Of a stretch of DNA of 64,000 nucleotides, positions 1 through 9,400 are shown in pieces. The position numbers and the translations under genes are program-made. The notes under the pieces were generated by a model. That model did no database searches and was not told the DNA's origin. It worked only from the letters and a program-made list of their open reading frames with translations. Origin of the DNA: a bacterium (lineage in GTDB: Bacteria; Electryoneota; Electryoneia; Electryoneales; Electryoneaceae). The stretch spans positions 1,504,001 to 1,568,000 of the forward strand of contig OY769902.1 in assembly GCA_963669175.1 (NCBI GenBank), given 5' to 3'. Within the stretch, counting starts at the first letter, position 1; each line of letters starts with the position of its first letter.

Positions 1-1072
1 ACAACCCGGTAACCTGCCAGGTATTTTTTCCGGACGTGAACCCGTCCAGCGCTTCCGCGAGGATTTCCGCTCGTCCTTCCACATCTACGATACAGGTAAA
101 GGTGCCGTCCATCAACCCCTGCTCGGTGACACCCTTTACGAAGGACTGTTCCTCAAGAAAGGTCATCAACACTTTCCGGTCCTTGAAGGTCGCATCGTTC
201 ATGACCACTTCCACCGGTAGCGTGTTGCTTTGTTGCAGGGACCATGTCTGCACGACATCGTTCACCAGTGACTGTACCGCCTTCTGCGCTGCCTGCTCCA
301 GGGCGTTGGCGCCCGCTACGGAAGCGTTGATGTGATACGAAGATCCGATCTCGTGATGAGAAGCCAGCACCGCACGAGTATCCGCTCGATAGACCCGCAC
401 CTCCGCCACTGCCTGCACCGACGTCATGTTCGCCGCAGTAAGCGCGCTGGGAGCGCTGGCTTCTTCTGCAATCGCTGATCCGGCGAAAATCAGATCCGCA
501 CCGGAAGCATCAAAGGAACCGTCATCCCCGGATAACGCGCCCAGCACACTCTCGGTGCCGCCTGCGTCTTTTCCCTGGATCACGTTGAACCCCAGCTCCA
601 GCAACTCCTCGGTCACGGTGTTTTCCACGATACGTGAACCGCTTTCGCCAAGGCTTTCCTCGTTGATCGCCACCAGCACTCGTGGTTTGCTCATCCAGGA
701 CAGCAGCAATTCCATGGCCATACGGTCACGCAGGACTTCATCGAGAATGTCACCTACAATCGCACGAATCCGAATGCCGACCATGCCTTCCGCTGGGTGC
801 GTCTCCTGCACCACGTCATACGACTGGACATACCCCATGGAACGAGTCAGGATAACATCGGAAAACAAGGCGTAGTTCTTGACCACAGTTTCACTGGCGA
901 TGACCAGCCCGACAGCACGTTCTACGGCATCCCGTTTCGCAGCTTCGACAGCCAGCTCTTTGGTCTCGCCATAGCCCATCCCTTCAACGGTTTGAAGGTC
1001 AGCCAAGGCCAATGAGGAAAGAATACAAAGGGCCAAAACAGCCCCAAGTACATGAATATATGTACGGATCAT
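1..1072 (-). CDS. Secreted protein with FlgT-N/LPP20-like N-terminal domain (3' end runs off the window)
   Basis: Not in the ORF track; translated by hand from ATG 1072 (RBS GGGGAG): MIRTYIHVLGAVLALCILSSLALADLQTVEGMGYGETKELAVEAAKRDAVERAVGLVIASETVVKNYALFSDVILTRSMGYVQSYDVV...KPRVLVAINE. Signal peptide plus the 'A..DAVERAVG..I.SET.V.N....D.I...S.GYV' pattern; frame stays open to base 1. Confidence 0.7.
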   Translation of the reverse strand, partial: MIRTYIHVLGAVLALCILSSLALADLQTVEGMGYGETKELAVEAAKRDAVERAVGLVIASETVVKNYALFSDVILTRSMGYVQSYDVVQETHPAEGMVGIRIRAIVGDILDEVLRDRMAMELLLSWMSKPRVLVAINEESLGESGSRIVENTVTEELLELGFNVIQGKDAGGTESVLGALSGDDGSFDASGADLIFAGSAIAEEASAPSALTAANMTSVQAVAEVRVYRADTRAVLASHHEIGSSYHINASVAGANALEQAAQKAVQSLVNDVVQTWSLQQSNTLPVEVVMNDATFKDRKVLMTFLEEQSFVKGVTEQGLMDGTFTCIVDVEGRAEILAEALDGFTSGKNTWQVTGL

Positions 1073-1253
1073 GGTTACTCCCCGAATTGGGCGCCCACCC
1101 TTCTACGGGATTGTGAGGATACTATAGCGAAATATGGGCTCATTCTCATAGGTAATACAAGGGGGTTATTCTCGCGGAAACCTTTTTACACGAGTATTTA
1201 TGATCGTGTGGCCCAACGCTCGCTGTCGGGATTTCCAACCCGGCCAGGCCGCC

Positions 1254-1892
1254 TGGCCCGACTGCTTGCTGTCGGGATCTCCGCTTCCGTCTAATTGCAG
1301 ACGAGATTTCGCTACTTGTGATGAAAGATCGAGCGGTTTTCACTGGAATGCATGGCCCGATTTGCCGGTGGGTGATTCGGAGTTCGTAGAAAACCTTCTA
1401 TGAGTGAGAGTTATGCGTTACATGTGAGCTTTATGAGCAAGTCGGGCAAGATGAATCAAAACGACATGCGGACTTACTTCTCGTTTTAGAATAGACCACC
1501 GCCGGACAACCGCCTTCGCAAGCTACGGCGGTTTCAAGCCGTCGGGGCCAATAGTGTCGCGTGGCCCGACTGCTTGCTGTCGGGATCTCCGCTTCCGTCT
1601 AATTGCAGACGAGATTCCGCTACTTGTGATGAAAGATCGAGCGGTTTTCACTGGAATGCATGGCCCGATTTGCCGGTGGGTGATTCGGAGTTCGTAGAAA
1701 ACCTTCTATGAGTGAGAGTTATGCGTTACATGTGAGCTTTATGAGCAAGTCGGGCAAGATGAATCAAAACGACATGCGGACTTACTTCTCGTTTTAGAAT
1801 AGACCACCGCCGGACAACCGCCTTCGCAAGCTACGGCGGTTTCAAGCCGGCGGGGCCAATTGATCGTTTGGCCCGACTGCTTGCTGTCGGGA
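1254..1892. repeat. ~308-bp tandem duplication (2 near-identical copies plus the start of a third) made of palindromic REP-like modules
   Basis: TGGCCCGACTGCTTGCTGTCGGGA starts at 1254, 1562 and 1869; the intervening ~290 bp are nearly identical between copies. Confidence 0.95.
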
Positions 1893-2012
1893 ACTGGACA
1901 GGAAATCGCGTGGCCCGACTCCCCGCGAAGGCGGGGATCACTGTCGGGTTTCATAAAAATTTGTCTCTCACGGGAGTAGTATTCCGTGAAAAAGGATACG
2001 TATCTTTCAATG

Positions 2013-2029
2013 CCTACTAAAATAGTAGG
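2013..2029. promoter_or_regulatory. Candidate Rrf2/IscR-type operator CCTACTA-AAA-TAGTAGG
   Basis: Perfect 7-bp inverted repeat ~24 bp upstream of the Rrf2 ATG; core ACT-N5-AGT resembles IscR type-1 boxes. Confidence 0.6.
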
Positions 2030-2052
2030 GTTTGAACGGGAAAGGGTGTCGC

Positions 2053-3147
2053 ATGATTACCAGCAGAGCACGATACGCGTTGAAAACCATGCTTCATCTC
2101 GCACGAGCGGATTCGGGGCAACTGGTGCAGGCCAACGATATCGCGGACGAGGAGCATATCCCAATCAAGTTTCTCGAGCAGATCCTGATTGATTTGCGTC
2201 GGGCGGGATTGGTCAGCAGTACACGTGGACGTTATGGCGGATACCAGCTTGCTGCACCTGCGAAGGATATTTTGCTGCTTCGTATTCTGCGAGCAATAGA
2301 CGGCCCGGTAGCGCCGTTGTCCTGCTTGAGTCAGACGGCATATGTAGCCTGTACGGATTGTGACGACGAAGAGCTGTGCGGAGTGCGTAATCTCATGGAG
2401 GGCGCGTACAAAGCCAGTATACGATACATGGAGAATACCACACTTGCGGATGGTATTGTCGGAAGGGGCAGAAAGATGAGTACAAACAACGATGGTGAAG
2501 CGTTTGGCTGGAAGCTTGATGATTGGGGATTCCTGGAGAACTTCAACCACTGGGATCGTGATTTTGCCCAGGCGATGGCGGAACGTATCGGCATGCCGGA
2601 CAAGTTGAGCGATAAGCAGTGGGGGGTACTGGAGTATATCCGGTCGTTTTTCCGTTCCAACGGGCAGTGTCCGTTGGTCTTTCAAACCTGTCGTGCAAAC
2701 AAACTGCGGTTACGTGAATTTAACCAGTTGTTCCCATCCGGGTATTTACGCGGGGCATGCAGGCTTGCCGGGTTGACCTATACGGCTGGGTATCCCACGT
2801 ACGCGATCCTGACCCAATATGTGGATGGCCCGGAAGAAGCGGATGACATTCTGGCGCAGTTCAAGCTGGACGACTACGGTTTTCTGCTTGATGCGGAGTC
2901 ATGGAATCGCAGCTTCGCTACAGCCATGACCACGCGACAGGGCGGCAAGGTTCCGTTGACGGATGCGCAGTGGCGAGTATTGGAGTATATGCGGGAAAAG
3001 TATACGGCGAACGCTGTTGTGCCGACGGTAATTCAGACCTGTGAAGATCTGGAGCTTGAGCTGGATGATCTGGAAGATCTGTTCCCTGCGGGCTATAACC
3101 GTGGCGCGGTACGTTGTGCCGGACTCAGACCCGCGACGGGAGGATGA
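2053..3147 (+). CDS. Rrf2-family regulator fused to two tandem DsrC/TusE-like domains
   Basis: N-terminus MITSRARYALKTML..IPIKFLEQILIDLRRAGLVSSTRGRYGGYQLA..CLSQTAYVACTDCDDEELC (Rrf2 wHTH plus Cys cluster); then two repeats of LDD.GFL....W...FA......L.D.QW.VLEY.R....P......C.........LFP.GY.RGA...AGL (DsrC fold). Confidence 0.85.
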   Translation: MITSRARYALKTMLHLARADSGQLVQANDIADEEHIPIKFLEQILIDLRRAGLVSSTRGRYGGYQLAAPAKDILLLRILRAIDGPVAPLSCLSQTAYVACTDCDDEELCGVRNLMEGAYKASIRYMENTTLADGIVGRGRKMSTNNDGEAFGWKLDDWGFLENFNHWDRDFAQAMAERIGMPDKLSDKQWGVLEYIRSFFRSNGQCPLVFQTCRANKLRLREFNQLFPSGYLRGACRLAGLTYTAGYPTYAILTQYVDGPEEADDILAQFKLDDYGFLLDAESWNRSFATAMTTRQGGKVPLTDAQWRVLEYMREKYTANAVVPTVIQTCEDLELELDDLEDLFPAGYNRGAVRCAGLRPATGG

Positions 3148-3164
3148 GTCATTAAAAGCTTTTT

Positions 3165-3625
3165 TATTGGCCTCACTGGCTTGAGACTGCTGCAGCCTAC
3201 GACACTGTTGGCCCCGTCGGCTTGAAACCGCCGAAGCTTGCGAAGGCGGTTGTCCGGCGGTGGTCCACTAGTTATGTAGCGATACTCTAAAAAAAATGTC
3301 GCATCATGTCATCCCCGAGCTTGACCGGGGATCTCGAAGTTTTGCTGTCCTATGCAACATCATTTAAGCAACCCACTATAAGTCGAACCTTCAGTAGTCT
3401 TCTTTCAGGAAACCCGACAGTGATCCCCGCCTTCGCGGGGAGTCGGGCCTGGCGGCTTTTGTGCTTCGAACCTCGAGATCCCCGATCAAGTCGGGGATGA
3501 CATGAGTGAGTCGGGGATGAAATGAGTGAGTCGGGGATGACATGAGTGAGTCGGGGATGAAATGAGTGAGTCGGGGATGAAATGAGAGTGGCGTGTAGCC
3601 CGGTGTGCTTGCACCCGGGATTTGC
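3165..3625. repeat. Intergenic mosaic of REP-like palindromes
   Basis: 3208-3266 is the reverse complement of 1494-1551; 3411-3449 is the reverse complement of 1911-1952; GTCATCCCCG..GATCTCG occurs at 3306-3336 and inverted at ~3473-3503. Confidence 0.85.
3490..3590. repeat. 20-bp tandem repeat (GTCGGGGATGAMATGAGTGA) x5
   Basis: TCGGGGATGA recurs at 3491, 3511, 3531, 3551 and 3571. Confidence 0.95.
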
Positions 3626-3643
3626 TTTAGTGTCATGCAAGAA

Positions 3644-3673
3644 AAAGCCGATCCACATTCATGGATCGGCTTT
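3644..3673 (-). terminator. Rho-independent terminator after apgM
   Basis: AAAGCCGATCCA-cattca-TGGATCGGCTTT hairpin with a T-tract on the minus strand. Confidence 0.75.
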
Positions 3674-3700
3674 GAATTTCTCAATCCAAAATAAATACTC

Positions 3701-4903
3701 TTACGCCCCGAACTTGGTCAGCTTGTCCGCGTGGGCCAGGGCGATGGGCAGCATGTGCATCATGGGCATACGTCCAAGGCCACCGGTAATGCAGGCGGTC
3801 TCGCCGAATTCGGTCGCCGTATCAGTGCGGACATTGTTCCCCCAGATCAGCACCGGGACCGGATGCCAGGAATGGCCCGCCATCGTAGCCGGGGTGGAAT
3901 GATCACCGGTAATGATCAGCACATCTGGTTTGGACTCCAGAATCGCCGGAACTGCGGCGTCAAATTCTTCCACTGCCTCCACCTTCGCATCGAAGTTACC
4001 ATCTTCGCCACGTGCATCGGTGTACTTGTAGTGGACGTAAAAGAAGTCATAATTCTCACGGTTCTCGCCGACCGCTTTGCAACGATTGACCAGGCTTGGA
4101 TCCTGGTTGATCACGCTCATGCCAACAAGCTTGGCCAGCCCACGATACATCGGGTAGTCGGCCAAAGCCGCCGCCTTCAGGCCGAAACGGTCCGCCATGG
4201 AAGGAATCGGCGCCTTGGAGGCAAACCCACGCAACAATACGCCATTGGCTTTGGCCTGTTCGGCCAGGATATGCTTGGCCTGTGCGGAGAAATCATCCAT
4301 CAGGCGCGCGGTACGTGCCGCATTTTCCGCCAATGGCTTGCATTTGAGCGGGGGAACGCCTGTCTTCTGCGGGTCAGTGTCCATCAGCTTGGCATCGAGC
4401 TTCTCGCCACGCATGACGATCAGGAAACGGTGATCCTTCACCGAACGCACGAACACCTGGACATCACCTAGGTTGATCTGTTCTTCCAGCAGTTTACACA
4501 GGGGTTCGGATTCTGAGGTCGGGATACGTTGGGCACGGCGGTCGGTCACATTGCCATCAGCGTCCAGCGTACAGAAGTTGCCACGAGCTGCGACATCGCC
4601 TTCCCGGATATCAAACCCGGTTCCCAGGGCTGCCAGGAGCCCACGTCCCACATTGTTCTCTATCGGGTCGTAGCCGAACAGCGCCAGGTGCGCCGGACCG
4701 CTGCCGGGAGTGATGCCGGGGCCGATTGGGTCCAACAAGCCCAGGGCGCCTTCTTTCGCCAGTTTGTCCAGGTTCGGGGTTTTGGCGGTTTCGAGTTCCG
4801 TCTTTCCGCCCGGGGTCTGGGGCAACCCACCCAAGCCATCGGCGATCATTAAAACAATTCGCTTGTCAGAGCTGACAATCTGGTTTTCTGTAATCAGACG
4901 CAT
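3701..4903 (-). CDS. apgM: 2,3-bisphosphoglycerate-independent phosphoglycerate mutase (archaeal-type)
   Basis: DGLGG, TELETAKTPNLD, PGSGPAHLALFGYDP, GRG.L.ALG, RGNF.T, DRRA.RI, TGDHSTP, HSWHPVP. Confidence 0.92.
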   Translation of the reverse strand: MRLITENQIVSSDKRIVLMIADGLGGLPQTPGGKTELETAKTPNLDKLAKEGALGLLDPIGPGITPGSGPAHLALFGYDPIENNVGRGLLAALGTGFDIREGDVAARGNFCTLDADGNVTDRRAQRIPTSESEPLCKLLEEQINLGDVQVFVRSVKDHRFLIVMRGEKLDAKLMDTDPQKTGVPPLKCKPLAENAARTARLMDDFSAQAKHILAEQAKANGVLLRGFASKAPIPSMADRFGLKAAALADYPMYRGLAKLVGMSVINQDPSLVNRCKAVGENRENYDFFYVHYKYTDARGEDGNFDAKVEAVEEFDAAVPAILESKPDVLIITGDHSTPATMAGHSWHPVPVLIWGNNVRTDTATEFGETACITGGLGRMPMMHMLPIALAHADKLTKFGA

Positions 4904-4936
4904 AGTGTATCTCCTTCATCCGGTTCTGCCGGAATA

Positions 4937-6472
4937 TCACCGCTTTTTACGGTTCTTCTTTTTGTCGGACTTCGGTTTGACCTTGCTCAACTCATCACCG
5001 AACAAATCGCCTAAAGTTCCCTTTTTCGGCTGCTCTTTCAGGTTACGGCGATGATTGAAGCAGTTCGACAGTCTCAGCGAGTAAAACACGCAGCTTTTGT
5101 CCAGGCATTTGTCGTCCGGACAATAGGGTTCTGGGAGCTTCTTCTCCGGTTGAACGGCACAGGAGACGATCTCGATCAGTTCCGGGTACGTGAAGGCAGT
5201 ACGCGCCACATCCGGCGCTTTCTGGCTGCCACGGTTGAGCAGTTGCAGTGATGGATGCAGGAACCAGCCGCCAACCATACCGACTCCGTCCACATTATCC
5301 AGCTTGGGCCGTTTGCCGCGCTTGATCAGCTCTGCCAGCCGCAATGTTGCCGCGACCTGCTTCAGGTCGAGGCGTGGATTGCCATCCGGCTTCAGTCCGG
5401 CCTGTACGGTTACATTGCCAGTACCGGGATCAAAATAGAGGACTGCATGATTGCCACGGCGATAACGCGCCGCCTTGATCACCAGGCCATTACGGCTGGC
5501 GATGGCAAGCAGTGTCCCGCCACGTCCACGAATAACACGTGCGCTACGCTTGACTTCATCCAGTGCGCCGAACCAGTCAGCTTCACGCTGGACGGCAGCT
5601 TTTATCAAGGTGAACGCTGCCTGACGGAACTCGTCGCTGTCTTCGCCATACAGCAGGCTCAAGCCATGCAGAGCGGCAGGAAGGAGGACACGCTGCTCGT
5701 CTTCCTTCTCCGGTAGTGACAGGTAATCGCCGGCCAACAAGCGGGCATCGGTACGAAGCAGCTTCTCAAGCTCACGCTTCCGTTCCCAGCCATTCGCCCG
5801 TGCGTTGGTATGCGCCACGCCTTCCGTGGGCCAGGTATCGGTCTCCTGGCGGTCATACTCACTCAACGGCTGATAATCGCCATCGAAGAAAGCCGCAAGG
5901 GTACGGTCAAACAGCCCGGCATAGGCCTGCAAGTCGATGTTATCACCCTCGGCATGTTTCGCCAAGCCATCGATCAGCGGAACCAGGGCGTTGATGACTT
6001 TCTCATCATCCTCGAGCAAACGATGCAGGCCATCTAGCAGGCTGTGCGGCGCCAACAGGTGATGAGTCGCATCCTTGCTGGTCAGCGATCGCCCCTGGGT
6101 GTCCTGGTAGAGGGTAAACGGCAGGATGAACCGGTACCGGTTGTCCTCGTTTACCGTCAGTGCCTTGGCTACCATCTCGGCGGCGCAGGTGTCCCATTTC
6201 TCTTCGTTCAATTCACCTTGAACCGGGTGGTTATCAAAACGGCCGCCACCGGTATCAACAGCCAACAAACCTTCTTTCTCCAATTCATCGGCAGTTTTAC
6301 CGCGTGGAAGGGTATTGGCGGAAACGAACTCAAGTTTCGCGTCCGTGACACCGGGGAAATGGGTTTCACCGTGCTTACGTAACAAATAAACGCTCAACCC
6401 CGCATCGAGGTCGGGATGTGCGTGCGTCAACAACGTGTTGACTTCTATCGGGTTCTGGGGTGCAGTTGTCAT
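4937..6472 (-). CDS. Putative DHH/MYG1-like metal-dependent hydrolase with Cys-rich and polybasic C-terminus
   Basis: THAHPDLDA and VDTGGGRFDNH motifs, GWFLHPS; C-terminal CPDDKCLDKSC...C; start at ATG 6472 is a judgement call (ORF track starts at 6535). Confidence 0.55.
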   Translation of the reverse strand: MTTAPQNPIEVNTLLTHAHPDLDAGLSVYLLRKHGETHFPGVTDAKLEFVSANTLPRGKTADELEKEGLLAVDTGGGRFDNHPVQGELNEEKWDTCAAEMVAKALTVNEDNRYRFILPFTLYQDTQGRSLTSKDATHHLLAPHSLLDGLHRLLEDDEKVINALVPLIDGLAKHAEGDNIDLQAYAGLFDRTLAAFFDGDYQPLSEYDRQETDTWPTEGVAHTNARANGWERKRELEKLLRTDARLLAGDYLSLPEKEDEQRVLLPAALHGLSLLYGEDSDEFRQAAFTLIKAAVQREADWFGALDEVKRSARVIRGRGGTLLAIASRNGLVIKAARYRRGNHAVLYFDPGTGNVTVQAGLKPDGNPRLDLKQVAATLRLAELIKRGKRPKLDNVDGVGMVGGWFLHPSLQLLNRGSQKAPDVARTAFTYPELIEIVSCAVQPEKKLPEPYCPDDKCLDKSCVFYSLRLSNCFNHRRNLKEQPKKGTLGDLFGDELSKVKPKSDKKKNRKKR

Positions 6473-6694
6473 GCCGAGTAAGCTAGCGAAGTGAGTCGAT
6501 AAACGCAATGACTCCCCCGGCTTGCCGGACAACATCGAGACTTACACTGATTGGCTGAATCTCGGGAGAATGTAGTTGGGAAAAGGGAAACCCGAATGTT
6601 ATATTTTCCTAATTTTTCTAATCCCTATTATCACGTCGTGTGCTGAAGTATATTGTCACCTTACAGGTGCGGAGAACCGGCAACGGAGCTACTC

Positions 6695-8401
6695 ATGGCA
6701 GATGAACAGCAGCAGAACCCCATACAGTTCAGTGAGAATCCCCAGGTCCACCGTCTGATCAAGGGTATCGTTGAGGATTTGAAGGATTTTACTGAATCCC
6801 AGGCAGCCCATCTGAACGAATTAGCCCAGATTGGTCGTGCGTTGAGCGCACAACGTGACCCGGATGTCATCCTGGAAATGATTGTGCAACAGGCGCGCCG
6901 GTTCACGCACGCGGATGGCGGCACTGTTTACCTGATGACCGATGACGAGAAGGAACTGGCCTTTCATGTTGTCCAGACTGAATCTCTGAACATCGCCATG
7001 GGTGGCATGAGCGGGAACCCGGTCACCATACCCAATGTTCAGCTTTGTTGTACGGATGGCAGCTCCAATCATGCCAATGTTTCAGCCTATGTTGCGACTA
7101 CAGGCGAAGTGGTCAATATTCCCGATGTGTATGAAGCGGAAGGTTTTAATTTCGAAGGCACCAAGAAGTTTGACGCCGCCCTGAACTATCGCAGCATGTC
7201 CATGCTGGTTATGCCGTTACGTGACCACGAAGACGAAATCATCGGTGTGCTGCAACTCATCAACGCCCGTGACAAGTCCGGTAAGACAATCCCTTTCAGC
7301 ACGGAACTTGTCGATATGACGCTGGCGTTAGCCAGCCAGGCCGCTGTGGTGATCACGCAGCACCGGTTGATCAGCGACCTGAAAAACTTGTTCGAAAGTT
7401 TTATCAAGGCGATTGCTGCAGCGATTGAAGAAAAGTCGAAATACACCGGTGGTCATATCCAGCGTGTCGCTGAACTGACCATGCGCATCGCCGAGCAGAT
7501 CAATGGACAGACTGAAGGGCCATTCGCGGATGTTCAGTTTAATGCGGATGAGATGGACGAACTCAGGATCGCGGCCTGGATGCACGATACCGGAAAAATC
7601 ACTACGCCTGAATATGTTGTGGACAAATGCAACAAACTGGAAACGATTTTTGACCGGATTGATCTTGTCGGCACACGTTGGCAGGCAATTAAACTGCACC
7701 GTGAACTCGAGGCAGAAAAAGAGAAAGTCCGCATTCTTACCGAAGGGAAATCGGACGAACGTCTCAAGGAAATCGAAGAATCCTGCAAGGCGGATCTGGA
7801 GCAACTCGATGACGACCTGAAGTTCCTGCGTTCGAGTAACACCGGCGGGGAATTTATGGCGGATGACAAGATCGAACGCTTGCAGAACCTGGCGAAACAG
7901 ACGTACGGATCCAACGGTGATCAACACCGTTTCCTGAGCGACGAAGAACTTTACAATCTCTCAATTCGCAAGGGAACGCTGAACAACGAAGAACGCCAGA
8001 AGATGAATGACCATGCCACCATGACCATCAAGATTCTCAATCAGCTTCCCTGGCCCAAGAAGTTGCGAAATGTTCCCCAGATCGCCGGAGCGCACCACGA
8101 GAAACTGGATGGCACCGGTTATCCCAGCGGCCTCAAGGGCGACGAGATCGGCCTGGGCGCACGCATCATGGCGGTCGCGGACATTTTCGAAGCGCTTTCC
8201 GCCTCGGACCGTCCCTACAAAAAACCGATGCCGCTTTCCCAGACAATCAAGATTCTCGGATTCATGGTTAAGGATCAGCATATAGACGGACGTATCGTGG
8301 ATATGTTTGTCAATGACGGACTGCATCTTGAATATGCGAAGGAGAATCTCAAGCCGGAACAGATCGATATTGACCTGGAATCTGGCGAGAAGAAGGATTA
8401 G
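6695..8401 (+). CDS. GAF + HD-GYP cyclic-dinucleotide phosphodiesterase
   Basis: GAF (VNIPDVY..F..TKKFD....YRS.SML.MPL..IIGVLQLIN); HIQRV, HDTGK, HHEKLDGTGYP, ADIFEAL, RPYK; RBS GGAG before ATG 6695. Confidence 0.92.
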   Translation: MADEQQQNPIQFSENPQVHRLIKGIVEDLKDFTESQAAHLNELAQIGRALSAQRDPDVILEMIVQQARRFTHADGGTVYLMTDDEKELAFHVVQTESLNIAMGGMSGNPVTIPNVQLCCTDGSSNHANVSAYVATTGEVVNIPDVYEAEGFNFEGTKKFDAALNYRSMSMLVMPLRDHEDEIIGVLQLINARDKSGKTIPFSTELVDMTLALASQAAVVITQHRLISDLKNLFESFIKAIAAAIEEKSKYTGGHIQRVAELTMRIAEQINGQTEGPFADVQFNADEMDELRIAAWMHDTGKITTPEYVVDKCNKLETIFDRIDLVGTRWQAIKLHRELEAEKEKVRILTEGKSDERLKEIEESCKADLEQLDDDLKFLRSSNTGGEFMADDKIERLQNLAKQTYGSNGDQHRFLSDEELYNLSIRKGTLNNEERQKMNDHATMTIKILNQLPWPKKLRNVPQIAGAHHEKLDGTGYPSGLKGDEIGLGARIMAVADIFEALSASDRPYKKPMPLSQTIKILGFMVKDQHIDGRIVDMFVNDGLHLEYAKENLKPEQIDIDLESGEKKD

Positions 8402-8414
8402 TGGGTCGATTTTG

Positions 8415-8745
8415 TATTAGCCTCGCCGACTTGAAGCGCCAAGTCTTGCCGCAAGCCCATGTCATCCCCTCCCCGAATGTTGTAGTCGGGGATCAACCGG
8501 GGATCTCGAGATTCGATGGGAGTATACAATTGGTCCCGACGGCTTGAAGCACGCTGTAGCGAAGCGGAAGAGGCTGCCCGGCGGGGTTTATTCTACTTGA
8601 AGAGCGTCTCACCTTCTGTCGTTTTCCTCTTGAATCCCGACAGCAAGCAGTCGGGCCAAACGGCCTTGATAGTTATTCGCTAGTAACGCAAGGATAACGA
8701 GCAGGCAGCTCGTGTAGTCCGGATCGCCCTCGGTCTGGGGCAAAG
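8415..8745. repeat. Third intergenic mosaic of the same REP-like palindromes
   Basis: GTCATCCCC..GGGGATCTCG (8458-8510); CCCGACGGCTTGAA variant (~8530-8586); TCCCGACAGCAAGCAGTCGGGCCA (8635-8658) is the exact reverse complement of the 1254 module. Confidence 0.8.
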
Positions 8746-8817
8746 CGACATCTTTCGAGAGTTACTGATAGCAAGGCAGCAAATCAGCAAAGTCGTCGAT
8801 CAGGCAGAAAACGCAAC

Positions 8818-9201
8818 TCAATCCTGTTTGGCTGCCAGGAAGGTGCGGAGGTTATGGGACAGGTTTTCCAGGCTGTAAGGCTTGAATATGACACCTATAA
8901 CGCCTGTAGGCAGGGGTTCTTCTTCCATCAGTTCGCCGGACACCACCGCGATTGGGCCATCATAGCCGGTAGCACGGATTTGCTCCAGCAGTTCATTCCC
9001 ATGCAGTTCGGGCATCATCCAATCGGTGAGCATCAGGTCAATTTCACTGCCATGTTCGTGGATTTCTATCAGGGCGGATTCTCCAGACTCTGCAAGGTGT
9101 ACCGTGTACCCCAGTTTGCGCAACATACTGCCGGCTACTTTCAGTACAGCTTCTTCATCGTCGACAAGAAGGATTGTTTCTGTGCCACGAGCAATGGCCA
9201 T
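8818..9201 (-). CDS. Single-domain response regulator (receiver)
   Basis: ILLVDDEE, LTDWMMP, VSG, KPY. Confidence 0.9.
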   Translation of the reverse strand: MAIARGTETILLVDDEEAVLKVAGSMLRKLGYTVHLAESGESALIEIHEHGSEIDLMLTDWMMPELHGNELLEQIRATGYDGPIAVVSGELMEEEPLPTGVIGVIFKPYSLENLSHNLRTFLAAKQD

Positions 9202-9400
9202 TTTGGTACCTTATGGTCTTGTTCACACCCCCGCCGGCGGTTTTTGCATTCAGTTTATTATTCCCGTGCCAACTGGCGACATCCCTTACCCTACAATAAA
9301 ATGCGGAAAGGAACCCGTAAGCAAGAACTCCGTTAAAATAGCAATATTTTAGAAGAGTGGAGAGAATTCCTGCTTTCTCAAGGTAAAAGTTTGATTGTAT

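Noticed and set aside
3490-3590. Possible CRISPR array
   Set aside because: Units are contiguous 20-mers with no unique spacers, and there are no cas genes.
3306-3684. Short ORFs with SSPTHS/HPRLTH repeats
   Set aside because: Translation artefacts of the minisatellite and palindromes.
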